From NCBI GenBank assembly GCA_030059675.1, contig JANVYQ010000003.1:35547-99546 (forward strand): DNA of 64,000 bases, in the 5' to 3' direction. The notes beneath the pieces are model-generated. The model saw only the letters and a program-made list of their open reading frames with translations, made no database searches and was not told where the DNA came from. Every line of letters begins with the position of its first letter. Position 1 is the first letter of the stretch. The position numbers were made by a program, and so were the translations under genes. Source of the stretch: Candidatus Pelearchaeum maunauluense. GTDB lineage: Archaea; Thermoproteota; Nitrososphaeria_A; Caldarchaeales; Caldarchaeaceae. Below, in pieces: positions 20,254-31,402 of this stretch.

Positions 20254-20772
20254 TTGGCAAATATAGTAGGTGGTTGGAAGGGGAGGTTCTACGAGGACTT
20301 TACGGTTGGTGATGTGTATATACATCCTTATGGGAGGACAATAACCGAGGCGGACAATATCTGGTTTACCTTGCTGACCATGAATATGAATGAAATTCAT
20401 TTTAACGCTGATTATGCTGCTGAGACTGAGTGGGGTAGGCCGTTGGTTAATAGCGCGCTTACTCTAGCTGTTGTTCTTGGTATGAGCGTCATGGATGTGA
20501 GCCAGAATGCGATAAACCTTGGGTGGGAGGAGATAAAGCTACCCAACCCCGTGTTCGCTGGAGACACCCTATACGCCCAGACGGAGGTGCTGGAGAAACG
20601 CGAGTCCCGCTCGCGCCCGCACATGGGGATAGTCAAGCTAAAAACAATAGGCTATAACCAGGACGGGAAGATAGTGCTGGAAATGAAGCGGACAATAATG
20701 GTTTGGAAGAAGGCTTATGCCCCAAGGTCTAAGATTGAGGAGAAGCGTAGGAAGATAGCTGGCGAGAAATGA
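20254..20772 (+). CDS. MaoC-like (R)-specific enoyl-CoA hydratase / hot-dog fold dehydratase
   Basis: 172 aa, hot-dog pattern with the conserved ...EIHFN... (H not D) region. Confidence 0.7.
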   Translation: MANIVGGWKGRFYEDFTVGDVYIHPYGRTITEADNIWFTLLTMNMNEIHFNADYAAETEWGRPLVNSALTLAVVLGMSVMDVSQNAINLGWEEIKLPNPVFAGDTLYAQTEVLEKRESRSRPHMGIVKLKTIGYNQDGKIVLEMKRTIMVWKKAYAPRSKIEEKRRKIAGEK

Positions 20773-21851
20773 TAGGCAATAGATTCGCCCCTCTTGAGGG
20801 GATACGCGTGATAGAGATAGGCCACTTCGTAGCAGCGCCCAACCTTGGGGCGTTGTTGGCCTATTTCGGGGCTGAGGTCATCAAAATAGAGCCCCCCAGC
20901 GGCGACGAAAGCAAGAGAGTAGCCCCGTGGGCATACTACATATTCTCACAAAACAAGAAGAGCATAGCTATAGACCTGACAAAACATGAGGGGCTTGAAC
21001 TATTCAAAAACATCATCAAAACCTGCGATGTTCTAATTGAGAATCTCTCACCTAAGGCGATTGAAAAGCTGGGCATTGGTTATGATGCTCTTTCAGCTCT
21101 CAACCAGCGCTTAATATACTGCTCCATCAAGGGGTTTGCAAGCGATAGCCGAGACTGGAGGAGACCAGCTTTTGACACCGTTGCGCAGGCCGAGTCTGGC
21201 CTCTTAGCCGCTCTAGGCCGCGAGGGTGAGGAGCCCATAAGGATAAACAACCCCTGCATAGACATGGGGGCCGCCGCCTACGCGCTCGCCGCAATAGCTA
21301 TGGCGATAATGCAGCGCGCAAAAACGGGTAGGGGCGCGTATATAGAAGTCCCATTACTGGATGTGGCTGTATATTGGAACGGTTACTGGATAGCATACTA
21401 CTCATTAACAGGCCGTGAGCCAGCTAGGCTAGGGGCTGGACATGCTGGATACTCCCCCTACGGCATATATAAAGCGCGGGATGGCTATGTATTCATAGGC
21501 GTAATAACCGACGAGCAATGGCTAAAATTATGTGAGCGGCTTGGAATAACTCCGCCAGAGAATCTGAGGAGCATGCAGTCAAGGATAGAGAATCGTCTAG
21601 AGGTGGACAGGCTTGTTGGGGAGAGCGTAGCTAGGTTGAGTGTTGAGGAGGTTTTAAAGAGGCTGCGGGACCTAGTTCCAGCCTCGACTTTAAAAAGTGT
21701 AAAGGATGTTGCTGAAGACCTAGAGCTGGAGAAACGAGGCGTGATAGTGCCCGCTAAGGTTGATGATAAAGTCGTAAGAGTAGCCCAACCACCTATAAGA
21801 ATAAACAAAAACAAGCCCAGTACAAATTATTGTGATAGACAGCAGAGCTGA
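20769..21851 (+). CDS. CoA-transferase family III (CaiB/BaiF-like), second copy; 4-nt overlap with the MaoC gene
   Basis: IRVIEIGHFVAAPNLGALLAYFGAEVIKIE signature. Confidence 0.8.
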   Translation: MIGNRFAPLEGIRVIEIGHFVAAPNLGALLAYFGAEVIKIEPPSGDESKRVAPWAYYIFSQNKKSIAIDLTKHEGLELFKNIIKTCDVLIENLSPKAIEKLGIGYDALSALNQRLIYCSIKGFASDSRDWRRPAFDTVAQAESGLLAALGREGEEPIRINNPCIDMGAAAYALAAIAMAIMQRAKTGRGAYIEVPLLDVAVYWNGYWIAYYSLTGREPARLGAGHAGYSPYGIYKARDGYVFIGVITDEQWLKLCERLGITPPENLRSMQSRIENRLEVDRLVGESVARLSVEEVLKRLRDLVPASTLKSVKDVAEDLELEKRGVIVPAKVDDKVVRVAQPPIRINKNKPSTNYCDRQQS

Positions 21852-21861
21852 TGTGCATAAA

Positions 21862-22482
21862 CTATTGGAAGAGCTGGGCTATAGTGTTGATGAGATAGCG
21901 CAACTGTATAAGAAAGGTGTTATAATAAACATAAAAAATATTATAATTTATTTTCGTTAAGGGCTCAACAACTATCTTGCCGAACATCCCCTTCTCTTGA
22001 TGGAGTACTGGGAATGTCCCTCCTGCTCTCTGACACACATACCAGTAGGTTCCCGGCTCGTCTATGGTAAATTCAATAACACGCATTTCGTCAGGCTCTA
22101 CCTCGGCCTCTATTTCGTTATAAGCCATGTCAATCTCCTCCATCATCATGGCTATTCTCTCATCTGCTTCCTCGGGGTCTGTTATCCCCTGCTCAAGTAG
22201 CTTCTGCGCCATTTCTTTCATCATCGTAAGAGCCTGGTCCTTATCCTTTACCACCATAAACTCGTGAGGATGCGAGCCTGCGTTTGTGAGCGTTATTCTA
22301 ACAAGTTGGCCTGCTTTGATTGTTAATGTTGGGCCGAAGCCTGGCCTATCAAAACCATAATCCACCATAGTCAGCTCAAACACAGCAACCTTCGGCTGAA
22401 GCATCGGCACTACGACAAATATGGCCGCACCAGCTACTACAGCTACGACAACTATAACAGCTATTAAAGGGCCTGCTTTCAT
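21862..22482 (-). CDS. Membrane-anchored type-1 copper protein (sulfocyanin/plastocyanin-like cupredoxin) with an acidic helical insertion
   Basis: N-terminal TM; Cu ligands GSHPHEF ... YWYVCQRAGG..H...GMFGKIVV. Confidence 0.6.
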   Translation of the reverse strand: MKAGPLIAVIVVVAVVAGAAIFVVVPMLQPKVAVFELTMVDYGFDRPGFGPTLTIKAGQLVRITLTNAGSHPHEFMVVKDKDQALTMMKEMAQKLLEQGITDPEEADERIAMMMEEIDMAYNEIEAEVEPDEMRVIEFTIDEPGTYWYVCQRAGGTFPVLHQEKGMFGKIVVEPLTKINYNIFYVYYNTFLIQLRYLINTIAQLFQ

Positions 22483-22565
22483 CGGCTAGCGGATTCAAAA
22501 ATATAATCTTAAAACGATTAACCGTACCAGTTCGGTAATTTTTATAACCTTCATTAACAACAACT

Positions 22566-23291
22566 ATGATGAAGATGGCCGGGCGCGTCTTCGAGGTCAA
22601 TATTTTACTCGACCTAGACTCGCTGCCGGACCCTGAAAAGAAATGTACAGCTCTCAAGTTGGTTAAAGATGGTAAGGGTCCGCTTGAGTGTCTTAATCCG
22701 ATGTCTGATGTTCGTCATTTTATTCGGCTTAAGGATGGTCAGATTACTATTGGAACCCAATCGCCTGATTCCTGTCCATTCTATAAGATATACTCGTCTC
22801 TACACATACATGTGGTCAAATGCAGCGTTTTTCATAATCATAGTCTAGCCACTATAATATGTACGGAGAGCGCGTTGGATGGTTTTTATAAGAGGCTGGA
22901 GGAGCTTGGCGCCAATTATAGGTTAGTTTCGGTCAGACAGTTATCAACCGCTGCTCAGCGTAAGCAGAAAATGACTGCTAACCAGATGTTCGCGCTCTTT
23001 ACAGCGCATAGCTTGGGCTATTTTGAGAGCCCATCAAAGGCAAGCATTAGAGATGTAGCTACCGTTCTTGATAAATCGCCCTCAACCGTGTCTGAGCTCA
23101 TTAAGAAGGGTGTGAAAAACTTGTTGGATATAATTAAGGAGAGAAAAGACTTTAAGGATCTACTAAATCTCGCTATATTTCCTCGTACTTCATTCTTATT
23201 GGTTGGCTGTCCAAAAGTCAATAGTCATTTTAATTTAATACTATGCGCGTTCTACTGTGCTATGACTATTCCGCACATGTTCGGTTTATGA
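22566..23291 (+). CDS. Putative regulator with C-terminal HTH_10 (Bat/DmsR-type) helix-turn-helix
   Basis: MTANQMFALFTAHSLGYFESPSKASIRDVATVLDKSPSTVSELIKKG. Confidence 0.4.
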   Translation: MMKMAGRVFEVNILLDLDSLPDPEKKCTALKLVKDGKGPLECLNPMSDVRHFIRLKDGQITIGTQSPDSCPFYKIYSSLHIHVVKCSVFHNHSLATIICTESALDGFYKRLEELGANYRLVSVRQLSTAAQRKQKMTANQMFALFTAHSLGYFESPSKASIRDVATVLDKSPSTVSELIKKGVKNLLDIIKERKDFKDLLNLAIFPRTSFLLVGCPKVNSHFNLILCAFYCAMTIPHMFGL

Positions 23292-23333
23292 ATTTAAGAG
23301 AGCTTCTAAACGGCTAACCGCTGGTCGAAACAA

Positions 23334-23999
23334 ATGGCTGCGCCAGCTCCATCCGCGGAAATATGGAATTCTCTATTCATGATGTATGTAACATCTGCAG
23401 TTGTAATCTCCGCAGTAGTGTTGGCAATTCTAGGATATTTCGTACTACGTTATAGACAGCCATCAAGCAGTCTAGCCGATGGTGGGCAGGACGAACCTGA
23501 GTTTAGAATAGGCGCGGAGCCCACTAGGGGTAGTGCTAAAGTTGCCATAGCTCTCAGCGTAATATTGGGGCTGCTCTTCGTTGGCCTCACGGCATCAACC
23601 TTCAGCGCTATGGAGTTCATGGAAGAAATACCCGAAGACAACCCAAATGCTCTGCACATTAAGGTAACAGCATTCCAGTGGGGATGGCAATTCACCTACC
23701 CCAACGGCCGGACAATAACAGGCGAGCTCAGAGTGCCCGTAAATACTCCTATAGTATTGGAGATAACCAGCAGGGATGTCTTTCATACATTCGCTATAGC
23801 TGCGTTCAAGGTTAAGAAAGACGCCATACCAGACAGAATTAACTTCGCATGGTTCGAGGCTAAAGAAGCAGGAGAATATAGGATACAATGCTACGAGCTC
23901 TGTGGAACAGGGCACGCCAAGATGATAGCAACTCTCCTAGCGATGGAGACGGAGCAGTTTGAAGCGTGGTATGGTAAGTTGAGTGAGGAGAAGGGGTGA
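23334..23999 (+). CDS. Heme-copper oxidase subunit II (CuA-type)
   Basis: FQWGWQFTYPNG, ITSRDVFHTF, CYELCGTGHAKM CuA ligands. Confidence 0.85.
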   Translation: MAAPAPSAEIWNSLFMMYVTSAVVISAVVLAILGYFVLRYRQPSSSLADGGQDEPEFRIGAEPTRGSAKVAIALSVILGLLFVGLTASTFSAMEFMEEIPEDNPNALHIKVTAFQWGWQFTYPNGRTITGELRVPVNTPIVLEITSRDVFHTFAIAAFKVKKDAIPDRINFAWFEAKEAGEYRIQCYELCGTGHAKMIATLLAMETEQFEAWYGKLSEEKG

Positions 24000-24005
24000 T
24001 TATGG

Positions 24006-26459
24006 GTGGCTCATGCAAACAATAAACCAAACCCACTTGTAGTCTGGCTTTTTACAACAAACCATAAAAACGTGGGAATACTCTACCTAGTGACATCCCT
24101 CTACTTCCTTGTGGTTGCTGGTATTCTAGCTCTCACGTTTAGGATGCAGCTGAGCGCGCCCAACATGGTATTCCTCGCAGCAGACTCTTACAACCAAGCG
24201 GTTACGCTGCATGGTCTCTTCATGCTTCTCTGGGTAACCACGCCGCTGGCCGCTGCTTTTGCCAACTACGTGGTTCCAATCCAGATAGGCGCTAAGGATA
24301 TGGCGTTCCCGCGCCTTAACGCGCTGAGCTACTGGCTCTACCTAGCAAGCGGCATAGTTGCGCTAAGCAGCTTCTTCGCCCCAGGAGGCACGGCTGACTG
24401 GGGATGGACAACATACGCGCCTCTAAACACGCTACAGTATAGCCCGCAAGCAGGAGGCTCGCTAATGGGCCTAGCAATACTGCTCCTACTCAGCTCCACG
24501 ATAGTAGCGACCTCAAACTTCATGGTAACAATATTCAGGCTACGCGCCCCTGGTATGAAGCTCTCATACCTCCCACTATTCTCAATATTCTGGCTGGTAA
24601 CCCAGTTCCTGCTACTATGGGCTTTCCCAGCCTTCGCCGCCCCCCTGCTCATGCTGGTCTCCGATAGGGTCCTTGGAACAGTATTCTTCACAGCAGCGGA
24701 AGGAGGAGCGCTACTCTGGGACCACCTACTATGGTTCTTCGGCCACCCAGAGGTTTACATACTCGTCCTACCAGGCCTGGCTATAGCTGGAGACGTCCTA
24801 GCAGTGTTTAGCCGAAGGCAGCTCTATGCCAAGAAAGTCATAATCATAGCAGTAAGCGTAGCCGCGTTCCTAAGCTACGTCGTATGGGTACATCACATGT
24901 TCATGACTGGCATACACCCAGGGCTAAGGGAGGTCTTCAACATAACGACAGAACTAATCTCAATACCCTTCGGAGCTATAATGCTCTCATATATCCTAAC
25001 CCTCTTTGGAGGCAGGATAAGGGCGACGACACCTTTCCTATTCGCTCTAGGCTCTGTGATACTCTTCATAATAGGTGGGGCCTCAGGCGTCTTCAACTCT
25101 TCGGTAGCCCTTGACGTGGGGATGAGAGGAACCTTCTGGGTGGTAGGGCACTTTCACTACACCATAGTGGGCGGCGGGATAACTGGCCTGATAGCTGGAC
25201 TATACTACTGGTGGCCGAAGATGACTGGAAGAATGTTCAGCGAAAAACTGGGCAAACTACACTTCGCAATCTACATGATAGGCTTCAACCTACTCTACTT
25301 CCCGATGCACCTACTCTACGACATGCCGAGAAGAATATTCTTCTACGACGCCACAACGGGCTGGGGCCCGATAAACATGCTCATAACCATGGGCTCCTGG
25401 ATCTTCGCGTCATCATTCATAATACTGTTCATAAACCTCATCAACAGCCTTCGCCATGGCCCTAAGGTGGGCGACGACCCGTGGGGAGGTGCCAACTACT
25501 CGCTTGAGTGGAACGTTCCTTCTCCGCCTCCAGAGTTCAACTTCCCGAAAGGCGTTCCGGTGATAACCGCGCAGGGCCTTGAGTTTAGGCAGCCTTGGGA
25601 GATTAAGATGGGCATAACAACAACTGGCGGCCAGCAGCTATACGGCACCACAGCCCTCCCTACAAACGGCGGGAGCCATGTGGCTGAGCACGGCGAGGAG
25701 CATGGGCCGCATCTAAGCCCATGGCCCTTCATACTCTCAATAGGTGTTGCACTAACCATGATCGGCCTGGTGTTTGGAGTGCCTCTACTGCTGCAGGGAG
25801 TGGTGATATTCATCGCCTCCATAGTGGGCTGGGCTTGGGAGGATGTTAAAGAGAAGTTCCACGTAGCTATTGAAGCGCTGGGCGAGAAGTGGCCATTTGA
25901 CAGGGTTGAGAACGTGCCCCTAGGGATGTGGTTCTTCCTCTTCGGTGAGGTGGCGCTCTTCGGCCCGCTCTTCGCAGCCTACTTCTTCGTCCGCGCCAAC
26001 AGCGCCTACACAGGCTTCGCGTGGCCTCTGCCAGGTCAGATACATAGCACAGTCATGGGAGCAATCTCCACAATAATCCTACTAACAAGCGGCCTCGCAA
26101 CATCACTGGCGCTAGTGGCGATAAAGAACAACAACCAGCGCGGCCTCAAGGCAGGGCTCCTCACAGCATTCATACTAGGCCTAGCCGTGCTGTTCATAGA
26201 GGGATTCCAGTGGGCTGAGCTCTTCGCAGAGGGCTACACGTTCGGAACAGACATAGCGGCCAGCATCTACTACCTAATAACGGGCATCCACGGTGCGCAT
26301 ATACTGGCTGGCCTGCTGATAATAATCTACCTACTGGCAAAAGCCTACAAGGGAGGCTACAACGCGGAGAAGCACATGGGCGTATATGCATTCGCCATAT
26401 ACTGGGGCTTCGTGGTGGGCGTATGGCTATTCACGTTCCCACTATTCTACCTAATATGA
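24006..26459 (+). CDS. Heme-copper oxidase subunit I fused to subunit III (SoxM/AoxB-like)
   Basis: GHPEVYILVLPGLA, 817 aa, C-terminal ...HGAHILAGLLII... subunit-III-like block. Confidence 0.9.
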   Translation: MAHANNKPNPLVVWLFTTNHKNVGILYLVTSLYFLVVAGILALTFRMQLSAPNMVFLAADSYNQAVTLHGLFMLLWVTTPLAAAFANYVVPIQIGAKDMAFPRLNALSYWLYLASGIVALSSFFAPGGTADWGWTTYAPLNTLQYSPQAGGSLMGLAILLLLSSTIVATSNFMVTIFRLRAPGMKLSYLPLFSIFWLVTQFLLLWAFPAFAAPLLMLVSDRVLGTVFFTAAEGGALLWDHLLWFFGHPEVYILVLPGLAIAGDVLAVFSRRQLYAKKVIIIAVSVAAFLSYVVWVHHMFMTGIHPGLREVFNITTELISIPFGAIMLSYILTLFGGRIRATTPFLFALGSVILFIIGGASGVFNSSVALDVGMRGTFWVVGHFHYTIVGGGITGLIAGLYYWWPKMTGRMFSEKLGKLHFAIYMIGFNLLYFPMHLLYDMPRRIFFYDATTGWGPINMLITMGSWIFASSFIILFINLINSLRHGPKVGDDPWGGANYSLEWNVPSPPPEFNFPKGVPVITAQGLEFRQPWEIKMGITTTGGQQLYGTTALPTNGGSHVAEHGEEHGPHLSPWPFILSIGVALTMIGLVFGVPLLLQGVVIFIASIVGWAWEDVKEKFHVAIEALGEKWPFDRVENVPLGMWFFLFGEVALFGPLFAAYFFVRANSAYTGFAWPLPGQIHSTVMGAISTIILLTSGLATSLALVAIKNNNQRGLKAGLLTAFILGLAVLFIEGFQWAELFAEGYTFGTDIAASIYYLITGIHGAHILAGLLIIIYLLAKAYKGGYNAEKHMGVYAFAIYWGFVVGVWLFTFPLFYLI

Positions 26460-26470
26460 GGTGGTGAAAG

Positions 26471-26764
26471 ATGCGAGAAGAATGGCAGCTTGTAGCGATT
26501 TACACAGTAATAATAGCGGCGCTGGTTGCTGAGGTCATAGTGGGCTCCAGCTGGATGACGCTGGGGCAGACAGCCCTGATAGGTGTGCTGGTGATAGCAA
26601 AGCTACAGGCGGCTCTAGTCTTCACATTCTTCATGTTCGGCAAATACGGCACACGCTCAGTGGCTTTAATAATGCTCATATCAGTAAGCACGCTGCTCCC
26701 ACTATTCCTGGCATTCGCCTTCTCCATAGAGTTCCCACCACATGCGGTTGCTGGAGGACGCTGA
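26471..26764 (+). CDS. Small three-TM oxidase subunit (subunit IV-like)
   Basis: 97 aa, hydrophobic, position within the oxidase operon. Confidence 0.4.
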   Translation: MREEWQLVAIYTVIIAALVAEVIVGSSWMTLGQTALIGVLVIAKLQAALVFTFFMFGKYGTRSVALIMLISVSTLLPLFLAFAFSIEFPPHAVAGGR

Positions 26765-26775
26765 GGAGGTGATGC

Positions 26776-27240
26776 GTGTTGGCTGAGCAAGAGTCCCGCG
26801 CCCACATAAACGCTGCGATAATAGCGGGCGTCGTAGGCCTGGTGTGGCTGATTGGAATCTGGGTAGTCCTAGTCTTCCCGCCGCAGGTGGAGGCAGCCGC
26901 GCCAGGGGGAGAGCAGCAAATCCTCACAGGAACCTCGATAAACCTAGTCATGCAGGAATGGGGCTTCAACCAGAAGAGGGGAGCGCCGATAATAGAGATA
27001 AAAGCAGGAACCGAAGTAACCTTCACAGTCGTAAACCAGGGACGAAACCTCCACTCATTCCAGATACTAACACCAGACGGAGAGCATGTAGCTGGCTGGA
27101 CCAAGGACGAGGTTATAGATGTGGGAGAGACACGGACATTAACAGTAGTCATAGACGAGCCAGGCGAGTATATCTACATATGCCCAGTAGAAGGGCATGA
27201 AGAAGAGGGCATGAAGGGAATCCTTAGAGTTGTCGGCTAG
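26776..27240 (+). CDS. Second membrane-anchored cupredoxin (sulfocyanin-like)
   Basis: TM anchor; NLHSF ... YIYICPVEGHEEEGMKG Cu-ligand pattern. Confidence 0.6.
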   Translation: MLAEQESRAHINAAIIAGVVGLVWLIGIWVVLVFPPQVEAAAPGGEQQILTGTSINLVMQEWGFNQKRGAPIIEIKAGTEVTFTVVNQGRNLHSFQILTPDGEHVAGWTKDEVIDVGETRTLTVVIDEPGEYIYICPVEGHEEEGMKGILRVVG

Positions 27241-27320
27241 AGAGGCCCAGTTTAAATCTCCCATTCCTATTTTCGTGATAGACTTTAACTATTATCATGT
27301 TGTTATATTTAGCCTGATAA

Positions 27321-28439
27321 GTGATGGAGAAGAATGCTGAAGCTGTCTCATGCGTTGAGGCTCGCTTACAAAACTATGACGCGCTGGCAATTCTAGGGCT
27401 CACCCGCAGGGAGGCAGAGCTTTATCTCTCCCTACTCCAGCTCGGCGAGGCTTCTGCCCACACGCTGATGAGGATACTCAACATCCAACAACCACACCTA
27501 TATAGCCTCCTAACAAACCTCAAGAAAAAAGGCCTAATAGGATGGAAGCATGGTAGGCCAAAGATATACTTCGTGAAAAACCCAGCCCACGTCATGGAGG
27601 AGAAGATAGAATCCATAATGAGCTCGCTGGATAGTCTCAAAAATACCCTAAAAGAAATCTACACAAGCTCCCAGAAGTGTTGTGAGCATCCTGTCGTGGA
27701 GGTTGTTAGAGAGCCGCGGAACATCTTCAAACTAATCAAGAGCGTCATTAGTAAAACCTCGCATGAGCTCTGCATACTTATGAGCGGTAATTATATGGCG
27801 CGGCTTGTGGATGATGTTGTCGAAAAAGCGGGCTTAGGTGTTCGAGTCTATGCGCTAACCTTTCCAGATCTTCGGCAAGGGTTGATTAACGCCCTCATGG
27901 AGGGGGGCGTCCGCGAGCTACGGAGCACCGCCCTAGGAAGGTTTATGCTAGTCTCCTCAGACTGCTCCCAGACGATATACATCCCCAGGTCAACCATGAG
28001 CGGCGGAGAAAGACAGAAATACGCATACTTCTTCACAGGAATAGAGATGCCAGCCTTCTTCACCCACTGCTTCTACTCTGAGTGGTGTAAATCAAGTCAA
28101 GTATTCTCCCAAGCAATACCCTTAGAAAACAGACTCTTCTCCCATAGAATGTTCGTATATGAATTAACCAGCTTAAAGTCTATTGGTAGTCAGGAGATAG
28201 TTGTTCGTGTAACGGGCGTAGATACGCGGACGGGTAGGGGGCTTACTGTGAGGGGTAGAGTTGAGGATGTATTTACGGAGGACGCGAATACCGTTTATTT
28301 CACAATAAGGACATCAGAAGGAAAGCGTTATAGTGTCGGTGGGTATGATGCAATAACCGAGGATATCGAGGCTGAGAATATAGTCATAGAATCCATAACG
28401 CCGTCACGCCAGTCATCAAAGCTCCTTGACATAGCTTAA
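27321..28439 (+). CDS. TrmB-family transcriptional regulator with extended C-terminal domain
   Basis: LGLTRREAELYLSLLQLGEASAHTLMRILNIQQPHLYSLLTNLKKKGLI. Confidence 0.55.
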   Translation: MMEKNAEAVSCVEARLQNYDALAILGLTRREAELYLSLLQLGEASAHTLMRILNIQQPHLYSLLTNLKKKGLIGWKHGRPKIYFVKNPAHVMEEKIESIMSSLDSLKNTLKEIYTSSQKCCEHPVVEVVREPRNIFKLIKSVISKTSHELCILMSGNYMARLVDDVVEKAGLGVRVYALTFPDLRQGLINALMEGGVRELRSTALGRFMLVSSDCSQTIYIPRSTMSGGERQKYAYFFTGIEMPAFFTHCFYSEWCKSSQVFSQAIPLENRLFSHRMFVYELTSLKSIGSQEIVVRVTGVDTRTGRGLTVRGRVEDVFTEDANTVYFTIRTSEGKRYSVGGYDAITEDIEAENIVIESITPSRQSSKLLDIA

Positions 28440-28514
28440 TATTCCTAACTACAACAAATCAAGTAGTATGTAATGTATTGTATAATTTATTGTCATTTAA
28501 GCACGTAGTCGTAG

Positions 28515-29970
28515 GTGGATGTTTTGAATCCTCTAGACATATCCTACATGGGGCCATATTACCCAAGCTTTGCGCCAGAGTGGAGCAGCAGCGGAATATA
28601 CGGCCTCCATTACTATAAAGGGGCTCTTCTCTACGCCGTTGCGTTTGACGCGCTCACTATAATATACCATAAAGGAAGAGTCAAGGAGTACAGATATGAG
28701 CTTATTGGAGGACCCCCGCGAAGTGGAGGAGACACATACGGCGCAGCCGTGGGGGTTGATGATACGTTATTCTTTGGAGGCTGGGTACACGCCCCCGCAT
28801 ATTATGACCCGCCAAGAGAAAGATAACTTTCCATCACAAATATTCACATTTACACAGAATAGACCTTAATGATATGGAGATTAAGCTTCTATACAAGGAT
28901 GGGCCTGGGCGGGAAGATACCTGGAGCGCCGAGGTCTCAGACATACTATACAATCCCCTAGACGATTCCATAATACTCTTCAGAGGTGATGGACATTTTG
29001 GACATGGAGTATATTCCCTAGACAGGGGAGGAAAGACAGTCATGCGGCTCTCATCAATTCCAGTACTGAGGGGGACCTTCTTCCTTGACCACTTAATCGC
29101 TGGGATATTCTGTCCCCAGGCTTTACAGTTCCCTCCCCCTCACTCCAGCTATTCAATATAGAAAACAAAGAAACAAAAATTACCAGGTACAATATCGCAG
29201 CGTCTGCTGTTGGAAATCCTTCTCAGGGTAAGTCTATAGTAGCTGTAGCACCTCTCAGAAACCAGCTCTACGCCTTCGTTGATGATGGCGTCTTCGTCGG
29301 CGATCCGACTGGAACATACAACTGGACTCCCGATAGTGTTTTTGTGAGGCTCTTCGCGACGGGGCATGGTGTTGCGCGTTATGCTCCCTGTAGGAGGGTT
29401 AAAGTAGTGAGCTTTGGTGGTGGGTTGCTGGTTCCCATAACGAAATCTGATATAGAAAACTCTCCAGTCCCAGCTACTTCGGCTTCAGGAATACTACTCT
29501 TCATGGATGAATCATGTGTAAAGATAATACACGCTAGCGGGAGGATAACGGGATTGGCCGTAACGCCAGATTCCATACAGCTGGCAACCGTGACGTCAGA
29601 AAATACGCATACCTCCACACGGATAGATTACTGCTTTAAACAACTGCTCAAGCTACCCCATGACATCATAAACAAGCATCCACCACCCCTATCATTAATC
29701 CTAGCTAAACGCCTCACAGCAGGCGAGCAATTAGGTGGGATACCTCTGAATGGATACCATAAAAAACGCGTAGTCACAACTTCAAATAACGACAACATAT
29801 TGATGGTAAGGGAATACGATACATCAGCACCAGAAAATAGCGCAGACGAAGAAAAATACACGCTAAAGAAGGGCCGTAACGAGATAGACTTGGATGGATT
29901 CGGGAGAATCGTCTCGTTCAAGTTTGAGAAAAACGACCAAGCAGGACACCTCTATCTTTACCTCACATAA
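28515..29970 (+). pseudogene. Hypothetical gene, about 480 codons, spread over three reading frames (frame changes near 28808-28826 and 29089-29161). Lower GC than its surroundings
   Basis: Each ORF is continued stop-free in a neighbouring frame across the junction; an 85-codon open stretch precedes the 29344 start. Confidence 0.35.
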
Positions 29971-30064
29971 TTAATTATACTACCTAAAGTTAATATTAAA
30001 AGACTATATCCCACCAGCCTAACATTTAGGATGAACATATCATGAAGAGAGAAAATCTGCACAA

Positions 30065-31397
30065 ATGAAATCTACAACTGCTGGACTGTTGGCGGTTGTC
30101 CTCCTAGTTATGGGGATTATCGGTGGATATTTCGCTGGTGTATCAACGGCTCCCGTTGCTGAGACTGTGACTGTAACACAAACAGTCGAAGGCGGTGGTA
30201 TGGCTACAACCATAACAAGAACCGTAACGAAAACAGTCCAAGCGCCAGGTGAGGTTCACGAGCTTACAGTCTACGCCCTATGGAGCGGCGTAGAGGAGGA
30301 AAACTTCGGGATGGCTCTAGGCGCCTTCTCAATGATGACAGGCATAAAGATAAACTATGTATCTCAGCCAGAGCTTCGGGATGTGTAACAACCCAACTAG
30401 CTGCGGGAACTTCTGAGGTTGACTCAATAATCGCGCCCTGGCCCACTTGGATAAAGGACGAGCTGGGAGCGGCTGGTCTATTGGAAGATGTTACGGATAT
30501 ACTTAATAAGGATGGCAGGGACAAGTCCCCATCAGCATATCTGAGTGTAGTTTCTGAGAACGGAAAGTTCTATGCCGTGCCCTTTAAGGCCTGGGCTAAG
30601 CCAGGCTTCTGGTATAATAAGCAGGTTTTTGACGAGTTAGGGCTTAATCCACCCACAACATGGGACGAGTTTATGAATGTTCTAGACACACTCAAGGCTG
30701 GTGGTATAACACCCATAGCCAGCGGTGACGGTGTAGGCTGGCCACTCTCAGACCTCGTGGAGGCGTTCATAATAGGCCTCGGAGGCCCAGAGCTTCAGTT
30801 GAAGCTGATAAACCACGAAATAGCCTGGACAGACCCGCAAGTGAAGGAGATATTCGGAAGAATACAACAGTTGCTGAAGGGCGGGTACTTCGACGAGGCG
30901 CGCGAATGGACGATACAAATAGACCGACTAATGGAGAGGAAGGTTGGTATATACTTCATGGGTAACTGGATAAACCTGATGCTCCAAGAGAAAGGCTACA
31001 GGCCTGGGATAGATTATGATGTCTTCGCCTTCCCAGGGACTGGTGGGATAGTTGCCGGCGGCGACTGGGCTTTCATACCGAAGTTTGCCAAGAATAAGGA
31101 AGCTGCTAAGAAGCTTCTGGAATTCCTAGCAGGCGCTGAGGCTCAGACGATTATGTGAAGCTTAAGGGATTCCTAGCGACCAATAAGGACGTTCCTAAAG
31201 AGGCTTACGGTGCAGCTGACAGGAATATCGTGAATATGCTGGGAACCCTAGCCGTGCTTCCAGACCTGGACGACTCAACACCATCCGAGTTCCAGCGGCT
31301 CTTCCGGGACAAGCTTAAAGAGCTGTGGGCAAACCCAGACGCGTTAGACAGCATATTGGAGGAGCTTGAGCAAAAAGCCTCTGAGGTCATCGGGTAA
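30065..31397 (+). pseudogene. CUT1-type sugar ABC substrate-binding protein (MalE-like, TM anchor plus Thr-rich linker) broken by two frameshifts (about 30385 and about 31150)
   Basis: Three consecutive ORFs in different frames jointly cover a full family-1 SBP (...GIKINYVSQPELRDV / VTTQLAAGTSEVD... / ...AEAQTI / VKLKGFLATNKDV...). Confidence 0.65.
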
Positions 31398-31402
31398 AAG
31401 AA

